Positions 20,793-28,832 of a DNA stretch of 64,000 nt are shown piece after piece. Where the stretch lies: the NCBI GenBank assembly GCA_963793265.1, contig CAWBZI010000005.1, positions 320,001-384,000 on the forward strand, in the 5' to 3' direction. The notes beneath the pieces were generated by a model that saw nothing but the letters and a program-made list of their open reading frames with translations, ran no database searches and was not told where the DNA came from. The position numbers and the translations under genes were made by a program. Source of the stretch: an uncultured cyanobacterium (lineage in GTDB: Bacteria; Cyanobacteriota; Cyanobacteriia; Phormidesmidales; Phormidesmidaceae). Position 1 is the first letter of the stretch, and each line of letters opens with the position of its first letter.

Positions 20793-20963
20793 CTACTTTT
20801 TATTGCGCACGTCGCGGTTGTACTGCACTAATGCCGTGATGCTACTACCTTCTGATAGCTGATCTGGGGTAGAAAGCTGCCTTTGGGCTGAGGCTGTTGG
20901 CGCGATCGCTCCGAACCCTAATACAGCGATCGCACTAGCAACGATAAAGCGTTTCATAATCAT
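20793..20963 (-). CDS. Small secreted protein, 56 aa (below the ORF-track cut-off)
   Basis: MIMKRFIVASAIAVLGFGAIAPTASA/QRQLSTPDQLSEGSSITALVQYNRDVRNKK*; AGGAG SD-like site just upstream; classical Sec signal peptide with ASA cleavage. Confidence 0.75.
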   Translation of the reverse strand: MIMKRFIVASAIAVLGFGAIAPTASAQRQLSTPDQLSEGSSITALVQYNRDVRNKK

Positions 20964-21143
20964 GAACTCCTGGTGTAGCTGAACTTATTGTCTACTAACC
21001 AGCATGACAACCGCCTATAAGACCACCCTGAATCGCAAGTGATAAAAAACCCAGAGAATTATGAGAATTATGAGTATCCCCTGATACAAAACTGAGGTTT
21101 TTTGTATTCCACAATACAGTTGACAGCCATTTATCGAGATGAC

Positions 21144-23045
21144 TTACTCAACCGTTACCGACTTTGCAAGGTTGCGAGGCTGATCCACATCCAAACCGCG
21201 CCTAGCTGCGATGTGATAGGAGAGCAATTGCAAGGGCACGACCGTTAACACAGGTGAAAGCAACTCATCTACATTGGGCACCGGCAGCAGGGCATCGAAC
21301 GTTTCTTCGGCGTCTGGATCGTTCATCGGCACGACGCCAATTAGCCGAGCATCTCGGGCTTTGGCTTCTTGCGCATTGGAGAGCACTTTTTCATACACAC
21401 TGCCTTTGGTTGCGATCGCCACCACCGGCACCTTCTCATCTAATAGCGCAATCGGCCCGTGCTTCATCTCACCAGCCGGGTAGCCCTCAGCGTGAATATA
21501 GCTAATCTCTTTAAGCTTCAGCGCCCCTTCTAGTGCAATTGGGTAGTTAATGCCCCGACCAATAAAGATAAAGTCTTGCGTCTCCGAAAAGTCATGAGAC
21601 AGCTCCTCCACATAGCGCTCCTGACTCTCTAGCACCTGCTCTAGCTGAGCGGGCAACTGCCGCATTCCTTCGATAATTTCAGCCATCCGCTCTAGCGAGA
21701 TAGACTTACGGCGATAGGCCAGCTCCAAAGACAGGAAGTAAAAGGCCATAAGCTGAGCGACAAAGGTTTTAGTCGCCGCAACCCCAATCTCCATCCCGGC
21801 TTTAGTATCCACCACATGCGGAATCAACCGGCCTAAAGAACTATCGGCCCGGTTCGTAATGCCTAGCATTCGCGGCGCGTACTGATCGTCACCACTGGCC
21901 GCACGGCGCGTTTGCTCCATATCCAAAGCCGCTAGCGTGTCGGCAGTTTCGCCCGATTGAGTCACGCCGATGGTGAGCGTGTTTGGCATCAGTGGAGCCG
22001 GGGCATAGCGAAACTCGGAGGCGTATTGCACAACGGTAGGGATACCTGAGACTTGTTCGAGCAAGTATTTGCCGACCAGGCTAGCGTGCCAGCTTGTACC
22101 GCAGGCCAAAATTTGGATGTGCTGAAGGTCGTCTAGCAGGGTATCGGGCAGGTCTAGGCGGATAGGCGATCGCCCACTCTCCGGCTCCCATTCCGTATCC
22201 AAATAAGTCTCGAGGCAAGTGCGAACCACGCCGGGCTGCTCATAGATTTCTTTGAGCATAAAGTGCTTAAAGCCCTGCTTCTCCACCATGATGGGGTTCC
22301 AGTTCAGGGTTTGCGGATGCTTCTTCAGGCGGTGGCCGGTAAAGTCATACACTTCTACGCCTAGAGGTGTGAGCCGTGCAATTTCACCATTTTCTAGTGT
22401 AAGCACAGCTTGCGTGTAAGGCATGATAGCGGGCGTGTCTGAGGCGCAGAAGAATTCGCCCTGGCCGAAGCCGATGACCAAAGGTGCCTGCTGGCGAACT
22501 ACGATGAGTTCGTCGGGGAAGTCGAGGGAGATGACTGCGATCGCAAACGCCCCTTCCAACCGCCTCATTGCCTGCCGACAAGCCTCAAGCAGTTCCGACT
22601 GCGCAGTTAGCACCGCATCTTCAGGCGGATTCTCTAAATACTCAGCGATCAGGTGCGGAATCACTTCGGTATCCGTATCCGAGCAAAACGTATGACCTTT
22701 TTCCTTCAGCTCCTCACGTAGCTCGCGATAGTTTTCAATAATGCCGTTCTGCACCACTGCAATCCGCTCTTTCGTATCGGTATGCGGATGCGCGTTGTGC
22801 TCTTCAGGCTTACCGTGCGTAGCCCAGCGCGTATGCCCAATGCCCAAGCGAGCCGGATCTTCAAGCCCCTCCAGCTTCGTCTGCAAATTCTTAAGCTTGC
22901 CTTTGGCCCGCGTTCTTTGCAGCTTTCCCTCGCTAATAGTAGCCACGCCCGCCGAGTCATAGCCCCGGTATTCCAGCGTTTTCAAGCCTTCAATCAAAAT
23001 ACTGCTGGCCGCTCGGGTGCCAATATATCCAACAATTCCGCACAT
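21144..23045 (-). CDS. glmS: Glutamine-fructose-6-phosphate transaminase (isomerizing)
   Basis: MCGIVGY, LEYRGYDSAG, GHTRWATHG, QSGETADT, EMKHGPIAL, DQPRNLAKSVTVE. Confidence 0.99.
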   Translation of the reverse strand: MCGIVGYIGTRAASSILIEGLKTLEYRGYDSAGVATISEGKLQRTRAKGKLKNLQTKLEGLEDPARLGIGHTRWATHGKPEEHNAHPHTDTKERIAVVQNGIIENYRELREELKEKGHTFCSDTDTEVIPHLIAEYLENPPEDAVLTAQSELLEACRQAMRRLEGAFAIAVISLDFPDELIVVRQQAPLVIGFGQGEFFCASDTPAIMPYTQAVLTLENGEIARLTPLGVEVYDFTGHRLKKHPQTLNWNPIMVEKQGFKHFMLKEIYEQPGVVRTCLETYLDTEWEPESGRSPIRLDLPDTLLDDLQHIQILACGTSWHASLVGKYLLEQVSGIPTVVQYASEFRYAPAPLMPNTLTIGVTQSGETADTLAALDMEQTRRAASGDDQYAPRMLGITNRADSSLGRLIPHVVDTKAGMEIGVAATKTFVAQLMAFYFLSLELAYRRKSISLERMAEIIEGMRQLPAQLEQVLESQERYVEELSHDFSETQDFIFIGRGINYPIALEGALKLKEISYIHAEGYPAGEMKHGPIALLDEKVPVVAIATKGSVYEKVLSNAQEAKARDARLIGVVPMNDPDAEETFDALLPVPNVDELLSPVLTVVPLQLLSYHIAARRGLDVDQPRNLAKSVTVE

Positions 23046-23224
23046 ACTTTAAAACTCCTTACACCTTACAAAGACCGACTCACAAAATTATCTTGATATA
23101 AGACCCAAACTACTATGCCCAAACTCAAAAGTAGCCACTCTACAAATTGGGTGGCTCAACAAAACCCTAGACAGCTCGTTGTCTACGAAAGTTGCCTTTG
23201 ATAGTGAGATCTCACTGCGGGGCG

Positions 23225-23344
23225 TCACTGTGAAATGAAGCCGACCAGCAGCAGCGGAATGAGGATAGCGGCCACTGCGATCGCAAACAGCGTAGGCGGC
23301 GACACCTTCACTAGGTTCGGATCGGGCTTGTTGGGATTAGGCAT
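23225..23344 (-). CDS. Small single-TM protein, 39 aa
   Basis: ATG at 23344 gives MPNPNKPDPNLVKVSPPTLFAIAVAAILIPLLLVGFISQ*, with a hydrophobic C-terminal helix. Confidence 0.55.
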   Translation of the reverse strand: MPNPNKPDPNLVKVSPPTLFAIAVAAILIPLLLVGFISQ

Positions 23345-23462
23345 AATCTTAGGGCACTTCAGGTAGCCACTACAGTTTACAAATTCACGGTTCACAAATA
23401 CTTGAAAGGGAGCCTTAGCCACACAGCAAAGCTCCCTTTTATTCATTCAAAGCTCAATCAAT

Positions 23463-23783
23463 CTATAGCTGACTAGAGAGCGCCTCGCTGAAGGTGGAAT
23501 ACGGCTTAACACCCACTTGAGTATCCACCAGCTCACCATCTTTAAAGAACATCACCGCTGGGATGCTCTTAATGCCAAATCGCTTGGCAACGGCCTTGTT
23601 GCTATCGAGATCTAGCTTAGACACTTTTGCTTTACCGTCATATTCCTCAGCAAGCTGATCCATCAAAGGAGCCACTAGCTTGCAAGGGCCACACCAGCTC
23701 GCCGTGCAGTCTACAACCACAACGGGTTCGTCTTTTATTAGCGCGTCAAAAGCTGCTTCATCTGCAATGTATTCTGCGGGCAT
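23463..23783 (-). CDS. Thioredoxin (probably x-type)
   Basis: WCGPC active site, FGIKSIPAVMFFKDG. Confidence 0.93.
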   Translation of the reverse strand: MPAEYIADEAAFDALIKDEPVVVVDCTASWCGPCKLVAPLMDQLAEEYDGKAKVSKLDLDSNKAVAKRFGIKSIPAVMFFKDGELVDTQVGVKPYSTFSEALSSQL

Positions 23784-23848
23784 GGTGCGATCGCTCCAAA
23801 AAGTGTCTGGGTATACCTACCTACGATCATACACCCGTCAACCCATCC

Positions 23849-23888
23849 AAAAAATAAAGCCCCCTCAACCCAAAGGCTGAGAGGACTC
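23849..23888 (-). terminator. Putative intrinsic terminator after the transketolase-like gene
   Basis: On the minus strand, an imperfect hairpin AGTCCTCTCAG...TTGAGGGGGCT is followed by TTTATTTTTT. Confidence 0.55.
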
Positions 23889-23925
23889 TATTTCAACAGA
23901 CAGTCAACCTACTGTAGGCGATATC

Positions 23926-25854
23926 CTACTTACCAGCGAGCTTCTTCACTTTCTGCATAATGCTCTCAGGATCGAGCCCCTGGTGGTAGAACTGCTCCCA
24001 AAGGCCACCGCCCCCTTCCTCATGCGTACCCGCGTGAGCAAACTTAGGCGTATAGCCGCGCTCTAGCAGCCAAGTGCCATAGCGAGCGCCCAAACCAGTC
24101 TTCTCATTAAACGACTCAACGACCATCACCAAAGGAGAGCTACCCACCTTTTCTAGCATCTGTTCGTCCACCACGTTCAACGTAGATTTGTTGATTAGGC
24201 CAATGTTCATGCCTTCTTTCTTCAGTCGCTCAACCGCATCAAGCGCGCGATACAGGCCATCACCAAAGCTCACAATGTAGCCATCGGTGCCTTCGCGAAC
24301 GACCTCATCTTTTCCAGGCACAAACTCATAGCCATCGGCATAAAGCGCCTTACCATCGGCATCATTCAGCATCGGCACCTTAGCGCGCGTAGAGAAGATG
24401 AATCGCAAGCCAGGCTGATGGAAAATCTTGTTTACACAGGCTTTCATCTGGTTTGCATCGGCAGGGAAGTACAACCGCGTTTCGTAGCCATCGTCTAGCC
24501 CGTTATCGGCAAACATATTGTTAATACCGAAGTGGCAGGTGTTGTCAGCCATGTCGTCAATCCCCGAGTGGGAGAAGTGACAGAGCAAGTTAGCCTTGTT
24601 TAGCCGCGCCATCGTCAGCTCAGAAATACACATTTCTAAAAACGCGCTAAAGGTGGCGAAAATACCTTGTTTGCCTTCAACCATGCCAAAGCCCGCAGCC
24701 GCAGAGAGGTTGCCCCGCTCCATAATGCCACCGCTCACAAAGATTTCAGGATACGCCTTGTGAATGTGGTTCAGACCACAAGAGCCTTCCAAATCACAGT
24801 CCACAACCAGCACTTTCTCTTTGCGCTCAGCATCGCTCATTTTGCCCAGCACTTCTACTGCCGCCTGACCAAACACGTTGCGGTTAGAGCCCATCTCGCT
24901 GCTTGCGCCCAAGAACTCATACTCGTGAGAAGGCTTTTCAATGTTCTTTAGATAGTCAGCCGCTTCGGTACGACCGTGCTTCTCTAAGTACTTAATTGCA
25001 AGATCAGTAGGGATGACATCGTGGCCGTGCGTGGTGCCTTCTAAGCCTTCGATGCCAACCGTCATTGGGCGCTTACAAATGACTGCGATAGGGCCGTCAG
25101 TTGCGATCGCCTCACAGATATTGGCATACAGCGCATCAATATCCTCACCGTCATTCACCAGCACCTTCAGCCCGTGACCCTCTAGCGTCTTCTGCACGCT
25201 ATAGCCCTTCAGGTACTCAGAAGGATGACCCGCAATAGTCACATCATTGTCATCGATAATCAGCTTGACGTTGATGCCTTGAGCGACTGCTAATCGAGCC
25301 GCCTCAGCGTCATCGCCTTCCTGCTGCGCCCCGTCAGAGCCGAGGAGGAACGTTGTTTTGCCAGGATTTGCGATCGCTACCCCATTCACAAACGGCCACA
25401 TATGACCCAGCCGCCCCGAGCTAAACTTCACGCCCGGCGTCAGCCCCAGCTCAGGGTGACCCGGCAGCTTAGAATCAGCCGCCCGATACTTCACCAGCTC
25501 CTCAGCAGGCAAATCACCATTCAGCGTCGCCATCAAATACTGAGTACCCACCCGATGACCCGCCTCATCAAAGAAAGTCGGCACAAACTTATCAGGCCCC
25601 CCTCTAAATAGCGCATCCAAGATCATCACTTCAGGCACCGTATCGTAAGGCCCACCCGTGTGACCGCCTACGCCGCGCGCGCCGCCTGTCGCAGTAAAAA
25701 ACACGATGGCTTCACGACAGAGCTGAATATTGGCCTTCAGAGCCTCGCGCTGATCGTCAGTGAGCTTGTTATTAGAAGGATCTAGGGTGATGCGCTTATA
25801 GGCACTTAGGTCGATTGGAAAAGCGGACTTAGGTTTAGCTTGGGTTGCTGTCAT
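23926..25854 (-). CDS. Divergent transketolase-like TPP-dependent enzyme
   Basis: GGHTGG, DEAGH, LPGHPE, SSGRLGH, TPP motif GSDG...DDND, DCDLEGSCG, GIMER, TFSAFLE; ATG at 25854. Confidence 0.85.
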   Translation of the reverse strand: MTATQAKPKSAFPIDLSAYKRITLDPSNNKLTDDQREALKANIQLCREAIVFFTATGGARGVGGHTGGPYDTVPEVMILDALFRGGPDKFVPTFFDEAGHRVGTQYLMATLNGDLPAEELVKYRAADSKLPGHPELGLTPGVKFSSGRLGHMWPFVNGVAIANPGKTTFLLGSDGAQQEGDDAEAARLAVAQGINVKLIIDDNDVTIAGHPSEYLKGYSVQKTLEGHGLKVLVNDGEDIDALYANICEAIATDGPIAVICKRPMTVGIEGLEGTTHGHDVIPTDLAIKYLEKHGRTEAADYLKNIEKPSHEYEFLGASSEMGSNRNVFGQAAVEVLGKMSDAERKEKVLVVDCDLEGSCGLNHIHKAYPEIFVSGGIMERGNLSAAAGFGMVEGKQGIFATFSAFLEMCISELTMARLNKANLLCHFSHSGIDDMADNTCHFGINNMFADNGLDDGYETRLYFPADANQMKACVNKIFHQPGLRFIFSTRAKVPMLNDADGKALYADGYEFVPGKDEVVREGTDGYIVSFGDGLYRALDAVERLKKEGMNIGLINKSTLNVVDEQMLEKVGSSPLVMVVESFNEKTGLGARYGTWLLERGYTPKFAHAGTHEEGGGGLWEQFYHQGLDPESIMQKVKKLAGK

Positions 25855-26054
25855 GGAGCGGTGTCCTAATACGTCTTTACACTTCAAAGCTATAAAACGT
25901 CAGCGCAAATGGGGCGATGTGTTAGAGGAGGCTTTGAAAAAGTTAATACGACCATTCTCCCTGATCGTGACCCTTCGGTTAAGGGGGTAGCCAAAATTTG
26001 TATTGAGGGCTACTGAGTTAATAGCACTACAGTTGATGGAACACATCTTGCCTC

Positions 26055-26079
26055 AGAGCCCCAAAGTGAGGACGGGGGC
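26055..26079. repeat. Short dispersed hairpin repeat AGAGCCCCnnnGTGAGGACGGGG, copy 1
   Basis: The same motif occurs at 49347-49370; GCCCC/GGGGC stem. Confidence 0.5.
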
Positions 26080-26121
26080 AGTGCAGTGAGCCGCATCTAT
26101 TTTCAGTTTAATTAAAGCAAA

Positions 26122-26751
26122 CTACTCAGTCGGTCGTTTAAATCGCTGTCTGAGCTTTTTGGTGCGATCGCGCCACTCACACCCCTCCACATGATCATTC
26201 ACCATTCCTATCGACTGCATAAACGCATACGCTGTCGTCGGCCCTACAAAAGACCAGCCCCTTTTCTTCAAATCCTTACTCATCGCCGTTGACTCAGCCG
26301 TCTTGCTCAACGTCATCAGCGTTTCATAGTCGCAGCGCTCAGGCCGAGCTGATGCGCCAGGCTCGTATTGCCAAAAGTAAGCCGCCAGCGAACCAAACTC
26401 TTCAGCAAGCTCGCAGGCTCGCCCCGCATTATTGACCACCGACTCTATTTTGCGGCGATAACGCACAATCCCTTTGTTCTGCATCAGCCGATCTATATCT
26501 TCAGTTTTGTACTGCGACACTTTCTCAAAATCAAAACCCGCAAAAGCAGCTCTAAAATTCTCTCTTTTGCGCAAAATCGTCAGCCAGCTCAGTCCTGACT
26601 GAAAACCCTCTAAACAGATCTTCTCAAACAGCCTCTTATCATCGCTAACCGGAACGCCCCATTCGCGATCGTGATAGGCCAAATAGTCCTCTTTGGCACC
26701 AGGCCACCAGCAGCGGTTACACCCATCCTCACCCGTCACCAACCCATCCAT
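26122..26751 (-). CDS. tag: DNA-3-methyladenine glycosylase I
   Basis: RCWW...YHDREWGVP, LFEKICLEGFQSGLSWLTIL.KRENFR, FVGPTT.YAFMQ.IG.VNDH...C. Confidence 0.95.
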   Translation of the reverse strand: MDGLVTGEDGCNRCWWPGAKEDYLAYHDREWGVPVSDDKRLFEKICLEGFQSGLSWLTILRKRENFRAAFAGFDFEKVSQYKTEDIDRLMQNKGIVRYRRKIESVVNNAGRACELAEEFGSLAAYFWQYEPGASARPERCDYETLMTLSKTAESTAMSKDLKKRGWSFVGPTTAYAFMQSIGMVNDHVEGCEWRDRTKKLRQRFKRPTE

Positions 26752-27099
26752 ATCAATTCCGCCTCACATCACTTACTCAGTGTATTTCAACAGCATACGC
26801 ACAGAGCCATACCCTCCAACTGGCACACTCAAAATCAACGAGCCTACGCCGATAGATAGACCTATCTGCTAGTCCACCCCTACAAAGTGTCCACGCTCTT
26901 GGCGCAACCCGTTGTCCCAAACGATACAACTTAAACATGCGAAACGAACAAAGGTTTTCAAACCAAAAACACCTTGTTTCGCACTCTTCTTAAACCTTCT
27001 CCTTTTTGAGTGCCGAGCCCCAAAGAACATTTGGAAAAGCCCACTAGAAAAGCGTAGAGGCCACAGAAGTTCCAAATCCACACTTTCGAGGAAAATTCC

Positions 27100-27594
27100 A
27101 TGAAACTCTCTCGTATTTGGGCTCCCATTGGTCTTGCTGCCGCTGCTCTTCTCGCAGTTCCCTTTGGCGCTCAGGCCCAGCGCATTCTCGATGTACAAAA
27201 TCCTGATTCTATCCCCAACTACAGCTATGTTGGCATCGGCGGCAGCGACAATGGCTTTGCTATCAACAGCAAGCTAGCCGTCGGCAACAACATCTCAATC
27301 CGTCCTGAAGTCTCCACTGACTTTGACTTCGACGATAGCGAAGATGTCTCCTACCTGGTTCCTATCACTTACGACTTCAACACCATCGGCTCTGGCCGCG
27401 CGGCGTTCAACCCTTTTGTTGGCGCAGGTGTTGCAGGTGATATCGGTGACGACAGCGACGTTGAGTTCGCGCTAGTAGCCGGTACTGACTACCGCTTTGC
27501 TCGCAACTATGTTGCTAACGGTTCTGTCAACTACTCTCCTTTCGCTGATGATGACGAGCTAGGCTTCACCGTTGGCGTTGGTTACCTTTTCTAA
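27100..27594 (+). CDS. Small outer-membrane beta-barrel protein, paralog 1
   Basis: Signal peptide (AQA), alternating amphipathic strands, PFVGAGVA, C-terminal VGVGYLF BAM-type signal; GAGG SD. Confidence 0.8.
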   Translation: MKLSRIWAPIGLAAAALLAVPFGAQAQRILDVQNPDSIPNYSYVGIGGSDNGFAINSKLAVGNNISIRPEVSTDFDFDDSEDVSYLVPITYDFNTIGSGRAAFNPFVGAGVAGDIGDDSDVEFALVAGTDYRFARNYVANGSVNYSPFADDDELGFTVGVGYLF

Positions 27595-27616
27595 GCCACC
27601 AGCTTTAGACAACTGA

Positions 27617-27646
27617 AGGAACTCCGGCACTTTAACTGGAGTTCCT
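27617..27646 (+). terminator. Intergenic hairpin between the tandem OMP genes
   Basis: AGGAACTCCGG...CTGGAGTTCCT inverted repeat with a weak U-tract. Confidence 0.4.
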
Positions 27647-27698
27647 GACAAATCTTCACTTTCTGAACTTAACAAACCATACCTTTTGAGGAAATTCC

Positions 27699-28187
27699 AT
27701 GAAATCTCTATTCACTCGCCTTTCTGCTACTGTTGCGATCGCTGCTGCTGCCCTCTTGGCAGTTCCCTTCGGCGCTCAAGCTCAGCTCATTCGCACCACT
27801 CCAGAAGCCACTAACTACAACTACGTTGGCATTGCGGGTAGCGACGATGGCTTTGCAGTCAATAGTAAAATCTCTATCGTCAACAACGTTTCCATTCGCC
27901 CTGAAATCGCAACAGACTTTGACTTCGATGACTCTGAAGACGTTTCATACCTCGTTCCTATCACCTACGACTTCGCAGTTGGCGCTGGTCGTGCTACCTT
28001 CAACCCCTTCGTCGGTGCTGGTGTAGCAGGTGATATCGGTGACGACAGTGACGTAGAATTCGCGCTAGTAGCCGGTACTGACTACCGCTTTGCTCGCAAC
28101 TATGTTGCTAACGGTTCTGTCAACTACTCTCCTTTCGCTGATGACGACGAGCTAGGCTTCACGGTTGGCGTTGGCTACCTCTTCTAA
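27699..28187 (+). CDS. Small outer-membrane beta-barrel protein, paralog 2
   Basis: Near-identical C-terminal half to 27100-27594; same GAGGAAA(A)TTCC-ATG leader. Confidence 0.8.
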   Translation: MKSLFTRLSATVAIAAAALLAVPFGAQAQLIRTTPEATNYNYVGIAGSDDGFAVNSKISIVNNVSIRPEIATDFDFDDSEDVSYLVPITYDFAVGAGRATFNPFVGAGVAGDIGDDSDVEFALVAGTDYRFARNYVANGSVNYSPFADDDELGFTVGVGYLF

Positions 28188-28246
28188 AAAAAGCCTCGTC
28201 ATAGAGCGTTAGATTCTCCTAAGTTCAAGTGTTTACACTCTCCTAT

Positions 28247-28285
28247 AGCCCCTGATGGTTCACTGAATCATCGGGGGCTTTTCTT
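28247..28285 (+). terminator. Intrinsic terminator between convergent genes
   Basis: AGCCCC-TGATGGTTCA-C-TGAATCATC-GGGGCT followed by TTTCTT. Confidence 0.65.
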
Positions 28286-28793
28286 ATGCCTCAGGAAGAT
28301 CTTTCTCAAACCAGGCCACATCCCAATACTTACCAAACTTGCGACCGACCTCTTGAAATAGCCCAACCTGCTTAAACCCAAACTTCTGATGAATTGCAAT
28401 AGAAGGATCGTTAGGCAGCGTAATACCCGCATAGGCTCTATGCACATCCTCCTCGCGCAACACCTCAAATAGTGCGCTATAAAGCTGGCTTCCTAATCCG
28501 CGACCTTGAGCGTCAGCACATAGATAAATACTCGTCTCTACAGACGTATCATAAGCAGCCTTTACGCGCAGTTGACTGCTGCTGGCATAGCCCAAAATTT
28601 GCCCATCGCTTTCAGCGACTAATAAGCGATGACGCCCCGAAGTAGCATAGTGACTCATCCACTTTTCCTGCCGCTCTCGAACGGTGTAGGGATGCAAGTC
28701 AAACGTGATGGTTGTCTCTGAAATGTATTGGTTGTATAGCGCAGTCAGCGCCTCTATATCTGCCGATTGAAAGTCTCGAATTTCCATAGCCAT
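28284..28793 (-). CDS. GNAT N-acetyltransferase, phosphinothricin/methionine-sulfoximine acetyltransferase (Pat/YncA)-like
   Basis: YNQYI.ETTITFD, VETSIYL...QGRGLG..LY, AGITLPN.PS..IH.KFGF..VG.F.EVG.KFG.YWDV. Confidence 0.9.
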   Translation of the reverse strand: MAMEIRDFQSADIEALTALYNQYISETTITFDLHPYTVRERQEKWMSHYATSGRHRLLVAESDGQILGYASSSQLRVKAAYDTSVETSIYLCADAQGRGLGSQLYSALFEVLREEDVHRAYAGITLPNDPSIAIHQKFGFKQVGLFQEVGRKFGKYWDVAWFEKDLPEA

Positions 28794-28832
28794 AGAATTG
28801 ATACCAGCTCACCGGCATCAGCATACTTGGCG

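Noticed and set aside
23046..23224. glmS ribozyme upstream of glmS
   Set aside because: The conserved core (AGCGCC...GACGAGG) is not visible on the minus strand.
25855..26121. TPP riboswitch upstream of the transketolase-like gene
   Set aside because: The CUGAGA / ACCUGA core is not found in the right order on the coding strand.
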